A DNA stretch of 64,000 nt from Selaginella moellendorffii (taxonomy: Eukaryota > Plantae > Lycopodiophyta). Shown piece after piece: positions 38,228-50,179 of the stretch. The stretch covers positions 186,001-250,000 of the forward strand of contig NW_003314381.1 of assembly GCF_000143415.4 (NCBI RefSeq). Reading direction: 5' to 3'. Under the pieces are notes generated by a model. It searched no databases. It was not told the DNA's origin and saw only the letters and a program-made list of their open reading frames with translations. How positions within the stretch are numbered: position 1 is the first letter of the stretch; every line of letters starts with the position of its first letter. The position numbers and the translations under genes were made by a program.

Positions 38228-41200
38228 TTAATTTAAACAAGTTGGCGCACGCAAGAGATTCGATAGAACCACATGACCAGCAGCGCAGCTCCGCTCCATC
38301 TCCATGACACGCTCCGCCACCGCCACGCCCCGCCGAGCATCGTTCTGGACCTGGCATCCTCCCAGCACCATCATCCACTGGAGGCCACCACCGCCACCAC
38401 CGCCACCACCGCCGCTACTACTCTCCGAGAGCTCCTCCGCGATGCTCAATCGCCCCGAGCGACTGAAGAGATCAACCAGGCACCCCTGGTGCTCCGGTCC
38501 CGCTGGAACTCCATAGTCGATCGCCATGGACGAGAAGTAGAAGACAGCGCTCGCCGCCTGGCCCGAGTGGCTGCACGCCGAGAGGATGCTCACGAAAGTT
38601 ATCCCGTCCGGAGGGATCCCTTGCAGCTGCATCTCGAGGAACAGCTCCAGCGCCTGCGCAGCGGTGGCGTTGCGAGCGTACGCTGCGATGATCGAGTTCC
38701 AGGATACCACGTCCCGGCGTGAGATGTCCTGGAACACTTGGTCGGCCTGGTTGAGGTTGCCGAGCTTCGCGTAGAGGTTGATGAAGCCGTGCTTGATAAC
38801 GTCGTCTCGGAAAACCTGCGCCTGGACTGCCAGTGCTTGGATCGCCTTGCAGCTCTGAGCACTGGAGATAATCGAGCCGGAGGAGTTCGAAGACGCAGCA
38901 GTGAGGAAGTTGACGAAGCTGATCTTGTTGGGACGAAAGCCTTCCAGCTGCATCCGGTGGAAGATCTCGAGCACCTCGTCACCTTTCTCGGCTGCCACCA
39001 TGAGAGCGTTCCAGGAGATCACGTCCCTCACGGCCATTGAGTTGAAAGCCTGTTGAGCAGCCACGAAGTCTCCACACCTCCCGTGCATTGTGATGACAGC
39101 ATTTCCGAGAAGAAGATCTGCTTCTGACTCGTGTGATCCCAGTGACTTTGTCTCCAGGATGCAACTTAGAACAAGGTTTGCATCCCTCGGCGAAGAGCAG
39201 GCGTTGAGCACCGAAACGAATGTGGCTTTGCTCGGCTTCATCCCTTCTAGCTGCATCATCCGGAACAAGTTGAGAGCTTCTCCAAACTCGTTGTGCTGGA
39301 TACACGCCGTGATAATCGCGTTCATTGCCACGAGGTCCTTCTCGGCCACCGTGTTGAAAGCCCGAAAAGCGTCTTCTACACTTCCACACCTTCCATACAT
39401 GCTGATCACTGCAGTACCCAGCACTGTGCCTGATTCCCAGCCACTTCCAACCACCTGTTTGTGAACCTTCCTCCCGAACTTTAGATCCTGCGGACTCTCG
39501 CAGGCGTTAAGGATGCTCGCAAGTGTTATTTCATCCGCCTGAAACCCCTCCAGCTGCGTCGAGTGAAGAGAACGCAATGACTTCTCAGCCATCCCACTGT
39601 CTGCGAACGCTGCAACAAGTGCGTTCCACGACACGAATGTTTCCTCTCCGGCCCGAAAAACTGCTTGAGCATCTTCGACAGCTCCACATTTCCCGTACAT
39701 CCGGATGATTGAAGCACGAACAAGCTCGTCCTCCAAGTGTCCACAGCAGTCGCAAATCCAGCAGTGGATAGCGCGTCCAAGCTGTACCAAGCCACCTTTA
39801 GCGCATAGATTCAAAATTAAAACTAAAGTCATACTGTTTGGTTTGCCACCGTTGAGCTGCATCTCTTGAAATCTCTGGATGGCTACTCCAACTTGTCCGC
39901 GCTCTATAAGCGCTCCCAGCAACGTGTTCCAGCTAGAAACATCCCGCTGGGAAATATTCGGACAGCTTTTGGCAGCTTCGTCCAGAAATCCGCAGCTCGC
40001 GAACATCCGAAACAAGCAGCCTTCTACTTCCGGATTCACATGAAGCCCAACGGCTTGCACGAGTTCATGAATTTTGTTGAGATGCGGAAGTCCTTTTCCC
40101 TGCTTGGAAAAAGAAAAGCTGTTTAGGACCGAAATGAACGTAACCCTGTCTGGAGCCATACCCTGGAGTTGCATTTGGTAAAAGAGTAGTATGGCGTCGT
40201 TATGCTGTCCGGATTCAGCACAGGCTGCTATCATTGAGTTCCACGAAACAGCGTCTTCATATGGTACAAGCTGACCAAATATATCACGAGCAGTTTTCAA
40301 GTCCCTGCAGCTCCCATACATATCAATTAGTGCATTTCGGACTACGAGATCAAGTTCAAAACCAGACGAAGAAATAAAGTTATGAACGAGCTTACCGGCT
40401 GGAAGAAAACTCGAGCTCTTGCATGCACCGAGAATCGCGATCAGCGCTATCTTATCCGCTGTTACGCCTTCCAGCAGCATCCTTTGGAAGACAACGAATG
40501 CCACTGAGTAGTAACCATGTTCCACCATAGCTGAAATCAGAGCACTCCAAGAAGCAACCACCGGGTGAGATATACTGTCGAAGGCATCCCATGCGGACGA
40601 CAAGTTTCCAGCTCTGGAAAACATCTCAACCAGAGCTGTCCCTACTGCCACGTCGGTGTCGAAGCAACACTCGCGTACCAAGTCGTGAACCAGTTTAGCT
40701 CGATCACGCAGCAGCGAGCCCAGAATGGTGATGAAACTGATCTTGTCAGGCCGAATTCCTTCCAGCAGCATCTTCTGGAACAGCCGAAAGGCCGCATCGG
40801 AGAATGCACACTGGCCATAAGCAGCAACCATCGACGTCCACATGATCACGTCCCGAGTCCCACTTCGCACGCCTGCAAAAACCTTTGCAGCTTCTTCGAC
40901 ACCTCCACACCTGCTGTACATGCTCACGAGAGCATTTGCCACCACCGGATTGGATTCCATGTCTCCCTCACTGATCCAACCATGAAGAGTTCTTCCTCGA
41001 GCTAGATCGTCACCGCAGCCGCAAGACCCGAGAGCGTTCACGAACGTAAACTCGTTCGGCGAAATGCCTTCCAGCTGCATTCTCCGAAGGCAACAAAACG
41101 CTTCCTTGTGATGCCCCGCTTGGACATAAGCCGCCACCATGACTGTCCAAGTCACCACGTTTCTCGCCTCCTCGATCTCGTCGAAAACCGCGATGGCGTT

Positions 41201-41740
41201 GTCAAGCTCCCGGCATTTCCCATAGAAGTTGACGATGGCGGTTGCCACGGCGGTGGCAGCTGAAAGGCCACACTCGTCACTGTAACCACGAACTCGTCTA
41301 CCTTCTTCCAAAGCCACGGCCTTGGTGCAAGCGTTGAAGACCGTGAGAAGAGTGATCTTGTCGATCGAAACCCCCGACTGGAGCATGGATTGGAAAGTCC
41401 GGAAGGATTCGTCAAACTGGCCGTGATGAGAGAATGCCGCCACCATCGCCGTCCATAGAGCAACGTCGTCGCTGGAAGAACAAAGCTCTTGGAAAGCCGA
41501 CCGTGCTTCGATCAAGCTCCCACACTTGATATACATCTCGACGATGTCACGCCCGAGCCGTCGAGAATCCACACTGCTGTGCGCTGCCGCTATAAGAGCA
41601 TGGATTTTCCTGCCTTCCACCAGAGCCCTGTCGTTGCCGCATCGCCGGAGCAGGCGAGAGTAGTCGAAAGAGACCGCCTCTAGAGATTTCCCTCCATCCG
41701 GCCAAGGATTGATGTTCTTGGCATCCGATACCGCCAGCAT
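38228..41740 (-). CDS. Large PLS-class PPR protein (1170 aa) with an E domain and no DYW
   Basis: Many P-L-S triplets (MQLEG..PD.ITF; ALVSMYSRCG); E-domain end GHVVLSNL. A short upstream transit-peptide exon is possible from ATG 41854. Confidence 0.93.
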   Translation of the reverse strand: MLAVSDAKNINPWPDGGKSLEAVSFDYSRLLRRCGNDRALVEGRKIHALIAAAHSSVDSRRLGRDIVEMYIKCGSLIEARSAFQELCSSSDDVALWTAMVAAFSHHGQFDESFRTFQSMLQSGVSIDKITLLTVFNACTKAVALEEGRRVRGYSDECGLSAATAVATAIVNFYGKCRELDNAIAVFDEIEEARNVVTWTVMVAAYVQAGHHKEAFCCLRRMQLEGISPNEFTFVNALGSCGCGDDLARGRTLHGWISEGDMESNPVVANALVSMYSRCGGVEEAAKVFAGVRSGTRDVIMWTSMVAAYGQCAFSDAAFRLFQKMLLEGIRPDKISFITILGSLLRDRAKLVHDLVRECCFDTDVAVGTALVEMFSRAGNLSSAWDAFDSISHPVVASWSALISAMVEHGYYSVAFVVFQRMLLEGVTADKIALIAILGACKSSSFLPAGKLVHNFISSSGFELDLVVRNALIDMYGSCRDLKTARDIFGQLVPYEDAVSWNSMIAACAESGQHNDAILLFYQMQLQGMAPDRVTFISVLNSFSFSKQGKGLPHLNKIHELVQAVGLHVNPEVEGCLFRMFASCGFLDEAAKSCPNISQRDVSSWNTLLGALIERGQVGVAIQRFQEMQLNGGKPNSMTLVLILNLCAKGGLVQLGRAIHCWICDCCGHLEDELVRASIIRMYGKCGAVEDAQAVFRAGEETFVSWNALVAAFADSGMAEKSLRSLHSTQLEGFQADEITLASILNACESPQDLKFGRKVHKQVVGSGWESGTVLGTAVISMYGRCGSVEDAFRAFNTVAEKDLVAMNAIITACIQHNEFGEALNLFRMMQLEGMKPSKATFVSVLNACSSPRDANLVLSCILETKSLGSHESEADLLLGNAVITMHGRCGDFVAAQQAFNSMAVRDVISWNALMVAAEKGDEVLEIFHRMQLEGFRPNKISFVNFLTAASSNSSGSIISSAQSCKAIQALAVQAQVFRDDVIKHGFINLYAKLGNLNQADQVFQDISRRDVVSWNSIIAAYARNATAAQALELFLEMQLQGIPPDGITFVSILSACSHSGQAASAVFYFSSMAIDYGVPAGPEHQGCLVDLFSRSGRLSIAEELSESSSGGGGGGGGGGLQWMMVLGGCQVQNDARRGVAVAERVMEMERSCAAGHVVLSNLLRAPTCLN

Positions 41741-42005
41741 GTCTCATCGGCGCCTCGATTCCAGCCAGAACGGCACCGGTTTCTAGAAAATCTCTGATTC
41801 CATACCTTGCCGGCAGGGAATCCTTGCGAAATATCGTAGCGCCAAGGCCGCCATGCGCCGCGGAGGCAAGGCGCCAAATCCCTAAAACCCTAAACACACT
41901 GTTCTTGTTCTAGTTCTTTTCACGGCTCTGCGCAAGATAGATCAAACAAAAACTGGCATTGATCTATCATCTATCTACACAGCTCCACTCCACGATCTCG
42001 CGCTC

Positions 42006-43067
42006 TCACTGCTCGTGGCTATTGATCTCCTCCATCTGGACGGCGGGAGCGCCGGATTTCTGCGATCCAGTGAGCCGCGCGAGCGCCACAAACGTGTATC
42101 CTCCGAGGAGATTATTCACCGTCCTGGTCGCGAGCACAGATGCCTTGAACAGCGCCGGGGGTAGCATCCCCGCGAGGCCGAATTCCAATCCATTCACGGC
42201 CTGGTACCTGAGATTGCTGCTCAATCCCATGTGTGCCGCCCACGTCGCGGCGTTGAGCACCGTCGGCGGCGCCTTGTTCTGGGGCTGGAAGCTCGGATCC
42301 ATCCTCTTCCTCGCGGCGAGCAGCAGCGACGACAGCGCGGTTCCAACCAGCCCCGCCGCGAATCCCACCGCGGCAAACACCGCGCCTTTGTAGAGGAACG
42401 TCCCAGCCCTGGCGGCGAGCGAGAAATTACCCGACTCGAACATATGCCCGGGAGGGCACGAGGAGAAGATCCCAGGCAGAGCGCCGCCGCCGCTGCTCGA
42501 TCCAGTCGGCGCGAGGAGATACATGAGCGTGAAATTCAGCAGCGATCCCACCACCATGGTCGAGAACACGAAATCCAGCTCGTTGAGCCCGAAATTCGGC
42601 CTGGAAGCCATGTCCCCGAGCACATTCGCGCCCACGCCGACGATCTCCTCCATCGCCACCTTGAACGGGAACTGAGGATCGGCCCTCACGCGATCCTCCC
42701 ACCCCTGCAAGAACGCGCCGAATATTCCACCGCGACGGCGCCCCGGCGGCGATGGTCCGCCACCGCCGCCGCCTCCGCCGCCACCTCGCCGCCCATTCTG
42801 GCCGGCGCCGCCGCCTCCTCCGCTCTCCACGTAGGGCTCCTCCCGGAACGTGAAGAGCGACACGGGGCCCCGGAATCGCGAGCCTGATCGCGCGCCATCG
42901 CTGGAGGAGGAGTTGGATCCCGCGTCGCTCGTCGATCGGCAGTGGATGTGCTGGCGCTGGATCAAAGCGGGGAATCTTGGGCCGCATCCGAAATGCGGGT
43001 GGCGATCGCGGCGATTCTCGCGGCCAGTGGCAGCGGCGGCGACGGCGGCAGTGGCAGCAGCCGCCAT
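42006..43067 (-). CDS. RETICULATA-RELATED plastid envelope protein (DUF3411), RER2/RER3-like, intronless
   Basis: Transit peptide; Gly-rich linker; DRVRADPQFPFKVAMEE; RPNFGLNELDFVFS; MGLSSNLRYQ. Confidence 0.93.
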   Translation of the reverse strand: MAAAATAAVAAAATGRENRRDRHPHFGCGPRFPALIQRQHIHCRSTSDAGSNSSSSDGARSGSRFRGPVSLFTFREEPYVESGGGGGAGQNGRRGGGGGGGGGGPSPPGRRRGGIFGAFLQGWEDRVRADPQFPFKVAMEEIVGVGANVLGDMASRPNFGLNELDFVFSTMVVGSLLNFTLMYLLAPTGSSSGGGALPGIFSSCPPGHMFESGNFSLAARAGTFLYKGAVFAAVGFAAGLVGTALSSLLLAARKRMDPSFQPQNKAPPTVLNAATWAAHMGLSSNLRYQAVNGLEFGLAGMLPPALFKASVLATRTVNNLLGGYTFVALARLTGSQKSGAPAVQMEEINSHEQ

Positions 43068-43392
43068 TTGGATTGGATCTTCGCTAAGAAATGTGAGACA
43101 AAGAAGAGAGAAATCCCTGCGATGATCTAATCGCGCTACCTCCTATAGAGACCCTTCTCTCCCTTTTAGGGTTTTAAGAGTATAGCATTTTGGTAGTGGG
43201 GCATCCATTTGCTCCTTGTCGCTATCTCTTCAACACTACTATTCCACACGCAAAGCTTTATAGAAGAAGGAAGACGAAGAGGATTTGGAGTTCTCGGCCA
43301 AGGTTTGTTCTAGCACGATTTTTTAGTTCTGGTCAAGCTTGTGTTCTTTGATCGTAGATTCGTGAGATTTTTTATTCCAAGATCCACACACA

Positions 43393-44409
43393 ATGCAGTC
43401 GCTCCAAGACCGAGCGTCGGAGTTGAGTGGAGTGAGTCAGGACGATGCATTCGAGATTGATGAGATCAACCTCTACAAGAAGCTGGGACACGAGACCTTC
43501 GTCAAGCTCTCCACGAATTTTTACAACAGGTGAGTGTCCTAAAATCTTCCTAGAGGTTAAGTTCTTTCAAGACGAGAGATAGAGTGATAGTGTGCGATGA
43601 GCTCACGACTAGTTTTCTTCTCGTGAGATCAATTGCTTTTAGGATGGAAAGTTCCTGCTAGTGGATTAAAGAGTTTTACTTTGGACACACAATGTTCTTG
43701 GGGAGTCCTAGCGAAAAGTCATAGTTATAGAGCTTTTAGAGCACACCAAGTTCTTAGCTAAGAGCTCTTAGATGATTGATGACAAGAGAAAGTTCCTCTT
43801 TGACAATTTTGGTGGTGGATCCACAGGGTCTACGCCGATGACGAAGAGTGGTTCCGCTCGATCTTTGCGAATTCCTCCAAGGACGCCGCCATCCAGAACC
43901 AGTACGAGTTTTTCATCCAGAGAATGGGAGGCCCTCCATTATATTCTCGTCGCAAAGGTATGCAATGCGTTCTTTTTCCTCCTTTTTTCTCGTTTATTTC
44001 TTCTTCTCTTGAGTCGTTCTCTTGTTCTTTCCTTCTCCGCTTCCTCTCTTTCTTTCGTCTTCCTTGACTTTTCCATCGTTCTCATTTTGTTTTAGCATTT
44101 CTCATTTGAGTTTTTAAAATTTTCTCACGACCAAACTTACAGGACATCCTGCTTTGATCGGCCGCCATGGACCGTATCCAGTGACCGAGCGAGCAGCGGA
44201 AAGATGGATCGAGCATATGACCGCAGCTCTCGACAGCGTGGAAGAAATCGATGCGGATTCAAAGAAACGAATGCTCAAGTTTTTCCGGTAAAACAATCTT
44301 CGTAGGTAGACCAAAGTATGTGATCCGTATGTGTTTTTTTTTTAATTCCAGGCACACCGCATTTTTTCTCGTGGCTGGCAAAGAGATGATGGCTAATCGC
44401 CGAGGATAA
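43393..44409 (+). CDS. GLB3: Truncated (two-on-two) haemoglobin, 4 exons
   Basis: [14 protein letters not shown]...[11 protein letters not shown] / VYADDEEWF...[17 protein letters not shown] / GHPALIGRH / HTAFFLVAG; stop TAA 44409. Confidence 0.96.
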
Positions 44410-44625
44410 AGAACAGGTTTTCTTTATAAACTCTGGACTAACGAGCTATTGTTTTACACCTGATCTTCTCTACAGTAGAACACCGGGAATCAATGAAGTA
44501 GTTATTTACTCGACAAACGACAGGGAAGGTCGTGCCACCCGCGGATTCAACTTCAGAGGAACTTGCGTTGAGGACAGAGAAAGAGGGGCTCGCAGCAACA
44601 GTGTTTTCGCGATCGTTCAACCAGC

Positions 44626-46245
44626 ATGGCGATCGACGAGCTCAAAGTTTCTTGCAGGAGGCCTCATATTGTAGCGGTGGCTTACCTCACGCAGGGTCAC
44701 ATTAATCCTCTCATTCACTTCTGCCTCAAGCTCGCTCACCACGGGATCCTGGTAACGTTCGTGACGATCCACGTGGACGGGCTTCTGGGAGTGGGGCAAA
44801 GGAAAGATCCAGAGGTCCCAGAGCACTGGAAGAACAACTTTAACTTCGAGCGCCTCGAGCTGGAGCTCCCGAAAGAGGGTGTGATGTCCCCGGGTGGATT
44901 TGCTAAGATCTTCGCGATGATCGAAGAGCTCGGAGGCCCTTTCGAGGAGCTGCTGTCAAAGCTCCACTCTCGAGAAGAGATACCAAAGGTAAGTTGTATC
45001 GTCTCCGACTGTATGCTCGTGTTCACTCAGGTAGTCGCCAAAAAACTCGGCATTCCGAGAGCTGGATTTTGGACGACTTCGCTGGCTTCTCTCACGGTCG
45101 ATTATCATGTTCCACTTCTCCTGGAGAATGGTGATATTCCAGTCACTGGTAAGAACATCAGTGGACTTGCTCAACACTCTCCTAACTTCGTCTTCTTCCA
45201 GGAGAGAACTGGGAGAAGATCATAACTTATGTCCCGGGACTGGCTCCTCTTCCGGCTTGGTCACTTCCGATCATGTACCACGAAGGGAATATCATGACCA
45301 CCACGGATCCTGGATACAAGCGGAAGATCGCAAGGTGCGTGATCTTGCGAGACGATGCTTGGATCATAGCAAATTCTTTCGAGAAACTCGAGCCGGCAGG
45401 ATTCCAGGCACTCCGGAAGGCCATGAACCAGCGGTGCGTCGGCGTGGGGCCATTGCTCCCCGACGAGTTCTTCGGCGAAAGAGGAGATTATGACGAGCAT
45501 CGCAAGGTGGTGGCTCCAGGTGTCGCAAGTTTCTGGAAACAAGACACCACTTGCCTTGAGTGGCTCGCTGGGAAAGCTCCAAACTCGGTACTGTACATCT
45601 CGTTTGGAAGTGTCATCAAGCTCACACTTCCAGAGTTTGAGGAACTCTCGAGAGGCCTGGAATCGTCCAAGCAGGTACTCCTGTCACATCTCCATGTTGT
45701 CCAGAAAAAACGCAATTTTGCATCGATTTTGTGCAGGCTTTTCTATGGGCTTTTCGTCCAGGATGTGTGGAAGGACTCGAGATCGAGGACTTGGAATCGT
45801 TCAAGGAGAGAACGAGCTCGACTGGACTGGTCATAAGCTGGGCTCCTCAAGTGGAAGTTTTGTCGCACGAATCCACGGGTGGATTCTTGACGCACTGTGG
45901 ATNNNNNNNNNNNNNNNNNNNNNNNNNNNNNNNNNNNNNNNNNNNNNNNNNNNNNNNNNNNNNNNNNNNNNNNNNNNNNNNNNNNNNNNNNNNNNNNNNN
46001 NNATAAACTGCGAGCTCTTCGTGGGGATGGGAATCGGGTTGAGGCTAGTGGAAGCAAACCAGAGTGGCTTCTATCAGGCTTGTCCAACGAGCGACGTGAT
46101 TGCTTCCAAGGTCTCGAGAGTTCTTGGTGATGAAGGACTGAGGAAAAGAGCAGGGGAGCTTCGAGATTCTGCCAGGAGAGCCGTGAAAGACCAAAGTGGT
46201 TCTACTAGCTTCGTGAGATATTTGTACGGAGAGTCTCTTTCGTAA
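44626..46245 (+). CDS. UDP-glycosyltransferase (family 1 UGT); the PSPG box is partly hidden by an assembly gap
   Basis: QGHINPL; CIVSD; NSFEKLE; VGPLL; VLYISFGS; [21 protein letters not shown]; two short introns. Confidence 0.92.
45903..46002. other. Assembly gap (100 N)
   Basis: Run of N. Confidence 0.99.
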
Positions 46246-48356
46246 TGTCTTTCTACACCGACATTATTCTTCCAATAACTAAGTTAATAAAACTTGGATT
46301 ATATTTATTTAGCATTTGGCATATTGTTCCAAGATGACAATTGTCCCCAAGACAACATCTGTTGTATTCACATGCTTCTTTGGCTCTAAGAAATAGTCTA
46401 TATTATAAAAATTAATATATCTAATTAGCTTTTATTAAAAATCTAGAATAATATCTTTTATGGTTGAATTAGGATTTAGAAACAATAGTAGTCAAATAGC
46501 CTATTGGAAATGGTTGCTAAACAGAAAATTTTAATATACATTACTAAGTGATTTAAATATATATAAAAAAGTTTTTAACCTTCTTCAATTGTTTTTTTCC
46601 AAAAGCTTTTGCACTTTTTAAATTTTTTATAACTTTGAATCTAATTTTCTAGTTATGAGAGTATATTTTCTTAGTCTAAATTCTTATTATGTAAAAAAGT
46701 TAACATTAAAACTAAAATATGAAGTGTAATACATAACAACTTCTAGGGGAAATATTACATGTTTAGTATTTAGTATTATTAACACTATATTGTGGAGAAG
46801 TAAAATTATTATTATATGTGTTATATGAATATGTATTCAATTATTTAAACTTTCTCATAGCATATTTAGTGCAGTTTGAGATAAAAATTAAATATTATAT
46901 ATATTTAATAAATTTAATAAAACTTTAATAAAAAATAGTTTTCACCCTTTACCCTATGATGTCTTACCATAACCATAGAATGCAACCTTAACCCTTTGAT
47001 ATGTGGGTTAAAAGTAATGGAGTGGATTAATTTTAAAGCCTTAAACCACTTAATAAAGTTAAATTTCTAAGTATAAAACTAAAAAGTGAAGGAATTAGAG
47101 CATGGAAAAACTTTTAAATATACAAGTCTAGAGCGAAAGAGTGGGAGCACAAAGTAACATTAAAATAGTCATAGAATATTCAACATTCTAATGTTACAAA
47201 ATAAAGCCAAATGGAGTTTAGTGTTATTTCAACGTACTAATGGTCTAATGTGATGATATAAGTACTCCATTAGCTAATATGGTATAACGCTAAATTGCAA
47301 AACTAGATGCAAGAATAACACTATCGTATTCAAAACAATCTTGACATTCCGTAAATATAGTTCATTCACAAATCTAAAACTATTAGGAAAGGATTTGCAA
47401 ATCTAAATTTGCAAGATCAAAACTATATAACCACAAGTGCAACTCCACTCTATAGATCTACAAATCTTAAAACAAAGAAGAAATTATATCACTAGGGTTT
47501 ACAATTATAAAGTTTGAAACCTTTCACCTTAATTTAAAAGGGTTTAAATGTACAAGTTAAACCTAAGAGTAGATTATCTAATCTGGGATCATATCCAAAG
47601 ATGACCTAAAGTGAACCATTACACAAATTTATTTATATTCATTTTCAAATTTATTTCTACTATTGTAGTCATGGCAGAATAGAAGCTAACAATAGTGTCC
47701 TTAGTGTATGGAGCTAATGTAGCTCAACTTTAAATATCTTTATATATTATATTTAGCTCAACTTAGTATTCACTAACTTTCCATTGTGCCATTGTGACAA
47801 TGGCATGCTTCCTGTGGTGGAGGGTAATTGAATTGTGGAGATGATGTGTACATGAGACTAGTTAAGCTATAAGAAATGAAAAATGCAAGATGACTAATAA
47901 ATATATTTGCACATGCAATCCTCACCAATGAAAAAATGACCTCTTCCCTTATCAACTACATCATGCTTATGGAGCTGGTCATACATGCAATTGGGGAAAT
48001 AATCATTAAATATCTTAAATGTTGTATCATCTAAATTGCATTATTATTATCTAAAATTGATTGAACTCCTCCACAAAAAATGTCTTCCTCAAAACATGGT
48101 CATCCATCCTAATACTATTTAAATTTAAGAACACCTAGCTTTTATTATCTCAAAACATTTAATTGATTGGAAAGAAGGTGCATTATATCTTTGAAAACTA
48201 TTACCAAGCTATTCTTTTTTGGTATTTATAATAATATTATAAAATAAAACTATCTTTATGTATTGTATTTGCATATGCTATATATAAAGAACATCATTTT
48301 GCATAGTAGCCACATTTACTGTACATTTAGTTTATCGGCAAGTAAAAATCCAAAGA

Positions 48357-49243
48357 ATGGACATGTATAAAATCATAGCTACCCCATTTTCTTATATGGC
48401 ATATTATAGAATGATTTTTTATATTGTATTAATCTTTTTTATTAGAAAGCTTCTATCAGTAAGAGTTCAAAGGAGTAATTTTAAAACTTTCCCTTTGCAT
48501 TATAGACATACTATTTTACAAGCACTACTCATAGCAGTTCATGATCTTGATATAATGAATCCTTGTGCTAAATTGTATGCTAAAAAGTCACTTGAATATA
48601 CATATAATTGAATTCAAGTTTTAATAACTTTTTTTATTAAAGTCCCCACCTTATTATGATGATCTTTGCCTTGTTTTCCTGAGCATGCAGTTTATTATTA
48701 TAGTGGGACAGTAAAACAAATTCTTGAAAATTTATTATTACAGTATGTTAGTAATGATCTTGAGATAATAAATTATGTTGTCAATGAATATATTACACAA
48801 ACTATTAGTTTAGTCTTTAAAAATAGTAATGATGAGAAAATTTACTCTTTTATTATTAATATTCTATATCATACTAAAAGAATTAATAAAAAACTCTCTG
48901 ATGATATGGACTGTATATGGAGACATTCATGTATTAGAAGTATTCATGATTCTTCATACGTCTCTAAGATACAAAGTGGAGAGTTTTTAAAATCAAGTAA
49001 TCATCAATTCATATTATTACTGCACTTGAATTGTAACCTTGTGCTTTACAAAGGTAATATTATATTTTGGAAAATAATTATAGAAGGTATTGGTTGTTAT
49101 TTAAGAATTCAAACTGATGGCAATGTTGTGTGGAAAGATAAATTTAAAGAAATGGCTTTATGTGTCGAAAATACTGGCCATATTGTTGTATATGACACTA
49201 TTAAAGAAATTTGTATTTTTCTGAACCTAAGAATCTAGCTTAA
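48357..49243 (+). pseudogene. Disrupted copy of the lectin-fusion gene at 58238-59176
   Basis: High identity to the intact copy; premature TGA 48609-48611; frameshift near 48640; 45-bp deletion removing IYDQNHEVKWTYNIY. Confidence 0.9.
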
Positions 49244-49384
49244 TTATTATTTGGTTAATATCTGTTTATTCAGTTATATAAATAAATATTTATTACTAAT
49301 TAAAATATTTTCCTAAGTCATAAATTTCTTTCTGTGCTTGGGTTTTGAGGTTAAGCTTCATTACTAACTACAGTTTTGCCTTTT

Positions 49385-49527
49385 TGCCTTCTAGTTTGAT
49401 ATAAAACTCTACAATATATTTATTATGAGATCATCAAATTTGGCACCGGCAATCTCTACCATGATCGTTTTATGTTTGAGTATGAATGTAGGCATAACCT
49501 TTATGCCAAGGTCTTTGGCAAGTAGCT
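49385..49527 (-). pseudogene. Thioredoxin-f last-exon remnant
   Basis: LLAKDLGIKVMPTF...EIAGAKFDDLII; homologous to 59340-59490. Confidence 0.75.
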
Positions 49528-50179
49528 AGATAAAGAAAGAAAAAGGCAATTGGGAAAAGCAAGCACAATAGTGCTCACTTAAAATTGGACATTATTTGAC
49601 TGAAGCTGCCAATCTTACTGTTACATTGAGGTACTAGCTCTATAATAAGAGTGCTAAATAAAGCTAGTGATCACATGCTTATGTTAATATCTATAAAATC
49701 TTAAGATTAGTGTTTGAACTATTGGGCATTTCTTGGTAGTGTTCAAGTTTAAATTCATGAATTCACTTGCATGGATTTCAATACCTAAATCAAGAGCCCT
49801 AACCTTCACTCCACACCATCTGCATACCCTTAAGAGATTAAAAGGGATCCCAATTGAGAATTGAGGATTAAGGCCCTATTTAGTGGGAGTGGAATTAAGG
49901 CCAATTTGATTTTTGCCCATGCATGCATGACACACAAATTTCCCTCTTCTCTCACAATAGCCAATGGACATACAAGTTGTAAGACAAAACCTTATAAGTA
50001 AAGAAATAACTTTTTTGACTACTACCCCTCCATTTGACAGCTACCAAAAAAGATTGGCACTCCTATTATTATAGATTGTTGTTAATAACAAAATTAAGTC
50101 TTGCAAAATTCATCTATCGAGTCATTCCTTTTAATTGTTTACAATAGAAAGAAAAGCCAAAAGCCCCAACCCTTCTAAA

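Larger units (their letters stand above)
47956..49867 (+). repeat. Segmental duplicate of 57701-60395 (lectin gene, Trx-f fragment and flanks), with deletions
   Basis: Collinear matches from CATG-TTATGGAG-TGG to CCTAAATCAAGAGCCCTAACCTTC. Confidence 0.88.
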
